This document shows positions 6,633 to 10,565 of a stretch of DNA of 10,565 bases, piece by piece. The stretch's first letter is position 1, and every line of letters starts with the position of its first letter. Source of the DNA: an archaeon (GTDB lineage Archaea > Iainarchaeota > Iainarchaeia > Iainarchaeales > 1-14-0-10-31-34); the NCBI GenBank assembly GCA_043819075.1, contig JBDRFE010000054.1:1-10565 (forward strand), given 5' to 3'. A model generated the notes under the pieces. The model was given only the letters and a program-made list of their open reading frames with translations. It was not told the origin of the DNA and made no database searches. Made by a program: the position numbers and the translations under genes.

Positions 6633-6691
6633 AAATAAGCTGGAAAGAAATAAAAGAATAAACGCAAAAAAAGAAAAAAACTAGGCATAAG

Positions 6692-6712
6692 CCACTGTTT
6701 CAAAAACAGCGG
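6692..6712. other. Small inverted repeat in the convergent intergenic region (possible terminator hairpin)
   Basis: CC-A-CTGTTT / CAA loop / AAACAG-C-GG. A second palindrome GCTTAA-T-TTAAGC lies at 6778-6790. Confidence 0.3.
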
Positions 6713-6808
6713 AAACCACTATTTATAATTCTGGTGCTTTTGGCTGGACTGAATTGACTTACTCTTGTGTTAAAACCGCTTAATTTAAGCACTATTTACA
6801 CGAAGCTT

Positions 6809-7279
6809 TTAGCATCCACAGTACTCTAAAACTTCTTCTTTTGTCATTCCTAATTTATTTAATTGATCTGAAGTTAATTCTATGTTGTTCTCTGAACAAT
6901 ACATGCTTATTATAGCGCATCCTGGCTCATAAGTTATTTTGCACGAATTTTCTTTACAAGTTGCTTTTGTTAACACGGTATAATCTTTTACTACAGATTC
7001 TTCCATTCTACAAGGAACACAGTTTTCTGTTTTCCATTCTGCAATTTTTTGTCTTCCTATTTCGTTCAATGCAGCAGGTTTTGGATTAGAAAATTCTTGA
7101 CAGCATCCTAAATTTACGATTTTGCAATCATTATCTCTTTCACAATATTTTTCCTCATGTGTAATTTCTTTAGGGTAAGTAATACTATCAGTAGGAGAAA
7201 AAAGAGAGTCGTACAAAATAAACGCCAGAAAGAGGAAAATTACAAAAACAATTACGCCATAAACTAACTTCTTTTCCAT
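6809..7279 (-). CDS. Membrane-anchored extracellular cysteine-rich protein (12 Cys)
   Basis: MEKK + hydrophobic helix (LVYGVIVFVIFLFLAFILY); an eight-Cys module C-x2-D-x-D-C...GCC...N...CxxC...C-x4-C; then four more Cys, ending in YCGC. Confidence 0.85.
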   Translation of the reverse strand: MEKKLVYGVIVFVIFLFLAFILYDSLFSPTDSITYPKEITHEEKYCERDNDCKIVNLGCCQEFSNPKPAALNEIGRQKIAEWKTENCVPCRMEESVVKDYTVLTKATCKENSCKITYEPGCAIISMYCSENNIELTSDQLNKLGMTKEEVLEYCGC

Positions 7280-7390
7280 GCAAGAATAATAAATTAACCA
7301 CTATATAAACGTTAGCACTTGTTTTTCGTCGTTTGCCGTATAGTTCTCTTTAAATATTTTTTTGTTTCAGAAATTGTTGGGGGAAGTTTG
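7280..7390. promoter_or_regulatory. Divergent promoter region
   Basis: Minus strand TTTATATA (7302-7309), about 23 nt before ATG 7279, suggests leaderless mRNA. Plus strand TTTAAATA (7349-7356) and G-rich SD-like GGGGG (7379-7383) precede TTG/GTG at 7388/7391. Confidence 0.55.
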
Positions 7391-10300
7391 GTGGGAAAAA
7401 ATCAGTTTAGGCTTGGCTTGATTGTTCTGTTTTTTGTTTTTGTTCTTCCTTCTGTGTTTTCTGATGGTTCTTTGATTTTTGGAGGTTCTTTTGAGGAACC
7501 GGATTGGAACATAACTTATTGGGCCACTCAAAATTATAATAATGCTAATGGTTCAGCAATATTGGAAAAAAGGAGTGTTGTTGACGGCAATTTTCCTTTT
7601 GATGGAAACTGGTACTTTTTTGGCAGAGCAACAGAAAATGCACAAGGTTATGGAAACACACCTTTTGTTTCAGTTACTACTGCACAGTATTTTAAGAATA
7701 AACGAATTTTTGTTTCACTAAGAAACCAAAAAAACAGTAATTGTAATGTTTCGGGAGTAAATAATTGTTCAACGCTTATTCAAACAATAGATGACTTAAA
7801 TAATGTTATTTCCACTCCTCTGTATTTAAGCTATTCAGTAAAAGATTGGCAGAATCTTGACTATAATTTTGAGGTAGGCGAAACTCCTGTTAGATTAAGG
7901 TTTAAAGCTTTAGCTGATGGGTGGTCTAGTTCAACTGCAATAAATGATATTTGGGTTGACAATATTCGGGTAACTGAGTTAGATGGTTCTCCCGTAAAAG
8001 GATACATGATGATTGTTTCTCCTTTAACAAACCAGTCATTCAAGCAAAGAAATTCAATGCTTGTTGTATTAAAACTGTTGGATGCAAATGCAAACCAGTT
8101 TGAGGGACCAACTCAAGCAGAATACAAACTAAAGGCTTCTGATTCTTGGCAACAAATTCAATTAACTAAAAACTATCAAAAAGAATACTACTTTTTTGTG
8201 GATGCACCAGACGAAATAGGAGACCATAACTTGAGTGTAAGAGTCTTTATGAATGGAGGATGGGTAGATGATCAAACAACCTATCAAATTTATCCGTTAG
8301 ACCTTGACTTAAAAATTAACTTCATTAAGGCAATCCAAGTCATAGAAGACGTTGATTTGGTGGCGGGGAAAGCAACAGCAGTGAAAGTAGGAGTAAACAA
8401 TACAAATGATTCAAATGAAGAAAACTGGGTTAAACTTACCTTAACTTTTAATGGAATAGACAAAAATCAAACTAAAAAATTTGTTGGAGACTATAACTTC
8501 ATTTTTTACGTCGATAATCCTTATGAAGAAGCAGGAGATTACACAATATCAGCTGAAATAGACCCTAATGAAGTATATAAAGAAAGAGATGAAAACAACA
8601 TCAAAGAACAAGATGTTATTGTTAAAGACGTTAAGGAAACCCATATAGTATATGTTCCAGTAGACTTTGACGAAAGCCTTTCTGGTTCAATTGTTAATTT
8701 TGATGATTTAAAAGAAAAAATTAATCAACATCACGATTTTTTGTTGTCAGTTTTTCCCTATTCTGATGAAAAAACCCAAAAAAGGATAGTAGAAAACACT
8801 TATTGCACAGTAAAAGGGTTTGGAAGTTGTATTAAAGATTGGAATTCCAATTCATTAGGTTTAAATGAAAGTTTAATATTAAATCTTCTTCTTTTACAAT
8901 TAAATAAATTTGCTATTACCCTAAAAGAACACAGGGTTGTAGGTATTCTCCCCAATAATTGGCATGATTTTCATGGCATTTATAAAGGCACTGCAGGGCA
9001 ATTTGGAGATTTAGGCTATCTTAATTTTATTAATAATTCAGTTGTGGTAGAAAAAGACTTTAATTCTGTTACTGCACATGAACTTGGACACACTTATGGC
9101 TTGTGTGACAATTATAAAGCCAATGACCCAAGCTGCCCAAACAGAACAGAAGAAGCTTGCATATTAAGCGATTGTTTTGGAGATGGAACACCCACTTGTA
9201 ATGGAAATATTGTCCCGAACGGGTTATGGGTTAAAAATAAAAAATTAATAAATAGTGCTGACCATAACTACTGCAACCTATCTGGAAATTATTTTTCTTA
9301 CATGGGAAGTGCAGTGAGTTATCCTGGGGCTGGAACAGTAGATATCTTAAAACGGTGGAGTCCTAAAGAAGATTATGCTTATTTGCTTTCGAAATTAGAA
9401 ATTCAAGGACTTCTTAAGTTTGAGGGAACTCAAAACGTGTTAGTAGTTAATGGTTTAGTTGATTCAGAGTATAATGTTTTTTTGGAAGATGGATTTATGA
9501 CAGAAGATTCGGAATCTTCTTCTTTTGAAGGCCCTTGTAAAGTAAATGTTTTAGATGTCAATCATTCTTTAATAAACGATTATAATTTCGGGCTTTATTT
9601 TGACACTAATACAGAAGAAAGAATAGGTTACTCACCATTTATTGTAAAAATTCCGTTTAATTCAAATATAAGTTCTATAGAAATTGTTTGCAATGGAGAA
9701 ACAAAAGCGACAAAAACAGTAAGTAATAACTCTCCTACAATATATATAACAGCTCCTCAAAACGGAGATGTTTGGACAGATACTAATTCAATTATCTGGG
9801 ATGCAAATGACTTAGACGGAGATAACCTTTCATACACAATTTATTATACTTCTGATACTACTACTTGGAATCCTTTAGCAATGGATTTAAATGAAACAGA
9901 ATTTAGTTTTGAAAGCGGGCAAGTAACTGGCTCAAGTGATTATCAATTTAAGATAATTGCATCTGACGGAATCCTTTCCAATGAAGCAGTTTCAGGAACA
10001 TTCACTATATTGAACCCAGATATTACTATTGCTCCGTCAAGGGAATGGGATTTAGGGACAATAAATAATTTGAGTAATATTTCAAAAGACTTTAATATAG
10101 TGAATTCAGGCAACGCAGACTTAAATGTATTTGACATGAATTATTCAAGTAACTTAAATGTAACTGGCTTAAACCTGCCAATCATATTACAGCCAGGCGA
10201 AACACAGGCTTTCAGCGTTACTTTAAATGTTTTGGATATGAATTTGGGTTCATTTAAAGAAGACATTAATTTAGGTTCAAACGACCCAAACCAGATAATA

Positions 10301-10565
10301 AAAAGAGTGAAGATTTTTGGAGAAATAGAAGAAGCAAAACCAGATTTAACTGTAAAAAAAGAAAACATTTCATTTAATCCGGTTTATGTAAGTGAAAACG
10401 AAAATATTACTGTAAGTGCTTTGGTTGAAAATTTAGGGGATTTGAATGCAAGCAATGTTAATATTAGATTTTATGTTGATGGCAATTCTGCTCCCGTTAC
10501 ACAACAGTTGTATGATGAACACACTGTGGCATTGTATCATGCCGATTCAAATTCTGGAACAACTT
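7391..10565 (+). CDS. Large secreted multidomain zinc metallopeptidase (metzincin-type), 3'-truncated by the window
   Basis: Hand translation finds no stop from GTG 7391 to the window end (1058 codons). Signal peptide MGKNQFRLGLIVLFFVFVLPSVFS; zinc motif AHELGHTYGLCD (His codon at 9077); Met-turn FSYMGS (ATG 9302). CARDB-like segments (YTISAEIDPNEVYKERDENN; KPDLTV...VENLGDLNASNVNIRFYVDG), an FN3/Ig-like segment (IIWDANDLDGDNLSYTIYY) and many N-X-S/T sequons. Confidence 0.92.
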   Translation, partial: MGKNQFRLGLIVLFFVFVLPSVFSDGSLIFGGSFEEPDWNITYWATQNYNNANGSAILEKRSVVDGNFPFDGNWYFFGRATENAQGYGNTPFVSVTTAQYFKNKRIFVSLRNQKNSNCNVSGVNNCSTLIQTIDDLNNVISTPLYLSYSVKDWQNLDYNFEVGETPVRLRFKALADGWSSSTAINDIWVDNIRVTELDGSPVKGYMMIVSPLTNQSFKQRNSMLVVLKLLDANANQFEGPTQAEYKLKASDSWQQIQLTKNYQKEYYFFVDAPDEIGDHNLSVRVFMNGGWVDDQTTYQIYPLDLDLKINFIKAIQVIEDVDLVAGKATAVKVGVNNTNDSNEENWVKLTLTFNGIDKNQTKKFVGDYNFIFYVDNPYEEAGDYTISAEIDPNEVYKERDENNIKEQDVIVKDVKETHIVYVPVDFDESLSGSIVNFDDLKEKINQHHDFLLSVFPYSDEKTQKRIVENTYCTVKGFGSCIKDWNSNSLGLNESLILNLLLLQLNKFAITLKEHRVVGILPNNWHDFHGIYKGTAGQFGDLGYLNFINNSVVVEKDFNSVTAHELGHTYGLCDNYKANDPSCPNRTEEACILSDCFGDGTPTCNGNIVPNGLWVKNKKLINSADHNYCNLSGNYFSYMGSAVSYPGAGTVDILKRWSPKEDYAYLLSKLEIQGLLKFEGTQNVLVVNGLVDSEYNVFLEDGFMTEDSESSSFEGPCKVNVLDVNHSLINDYNFGLYFDTNTEERIGYSPFIVKIPFNSNISSIEIVCNGETKATKTVSNNSPTIYITAPQNGDVWTDTNSIIWDANDLDGDNLSYTIYYTSDTTTWNPLAMDLNETEFSFESGQVTGSSDYQFKIIASDGILSNEAVSGTFTILNPDITIAPSREWDLGTINNLSNISKDFNIVNSGNADLNVFDMNYSSNLNVTGLNLPIILQPGETQAFSVTLNVLDMNLGSFKEDINLGSNDPNQIIKRVKIFGEIEEAKPDLTVKKENISFNPVYVSENENITVSALVENLGDLNASNVNIRFYVDGNSAPVTQQLYDEHTVALYHADSNSGTT

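Noticed and set aside
6633..6808. ncRNA or tRNA in the convergent intergenic region
   Set aside because: AT-rich with only two short palindromes; no cloverleaf, T-loop or convincing C/D box pair.
7861..10368. Minus-strand ORFs 7861..8043, 9943..10137 and 10141..10368; apparent 3-kb gene desert in the track
   Set aside because: The region is one long + strand CDS, omitted from the track because its stop lies outside the window; these ORFs are its shadows.

Overview
AT-rich archaeal DNA: it carries rpl44e, TATA-type promoters, GTGA/GGAGG Shine-Dalgarno motifs and oligo(T) terminators. Gene style suggests a DPANN lineage such as Diapherotrites/Iainarchaeota, which is an inference only. From left to right: the 3' part of a large surface glycoprotein with a C-terminal membrane anchor (frame open from base 2); a trans-isoprenyl diphosphate synthase; a stand-alone rpl44e; a minus-strand wHTH + V4R pair; and a divergent operon encoding a PHP metallohydrolase, a DUF1699-like/HTH protein, a 17-codon mini-ORF and a small Cys4 zinc-finger protein. 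Next come a Lys/Glu-rich coiled-coil protein and a T-richer segment. That segment holds a membrane-anchored 12-Cys protein divergent from a >1058-aa secreted multidomain metzincin (HELGHTYGLCD + Met-turn), which is missing from the supplied ORF track because it runs off the window. The most notable items are this protease and its Cys-rich neighbour, and the mini-ORF, which is a codon-conserved duplicate of the next gene's N-terminus joined to it by an A_AAA_AAA slippery site. No tRNA, rRNA, CRISPR array or transposase was seen. All family assignments come from motif recognition by eye, not database searches.
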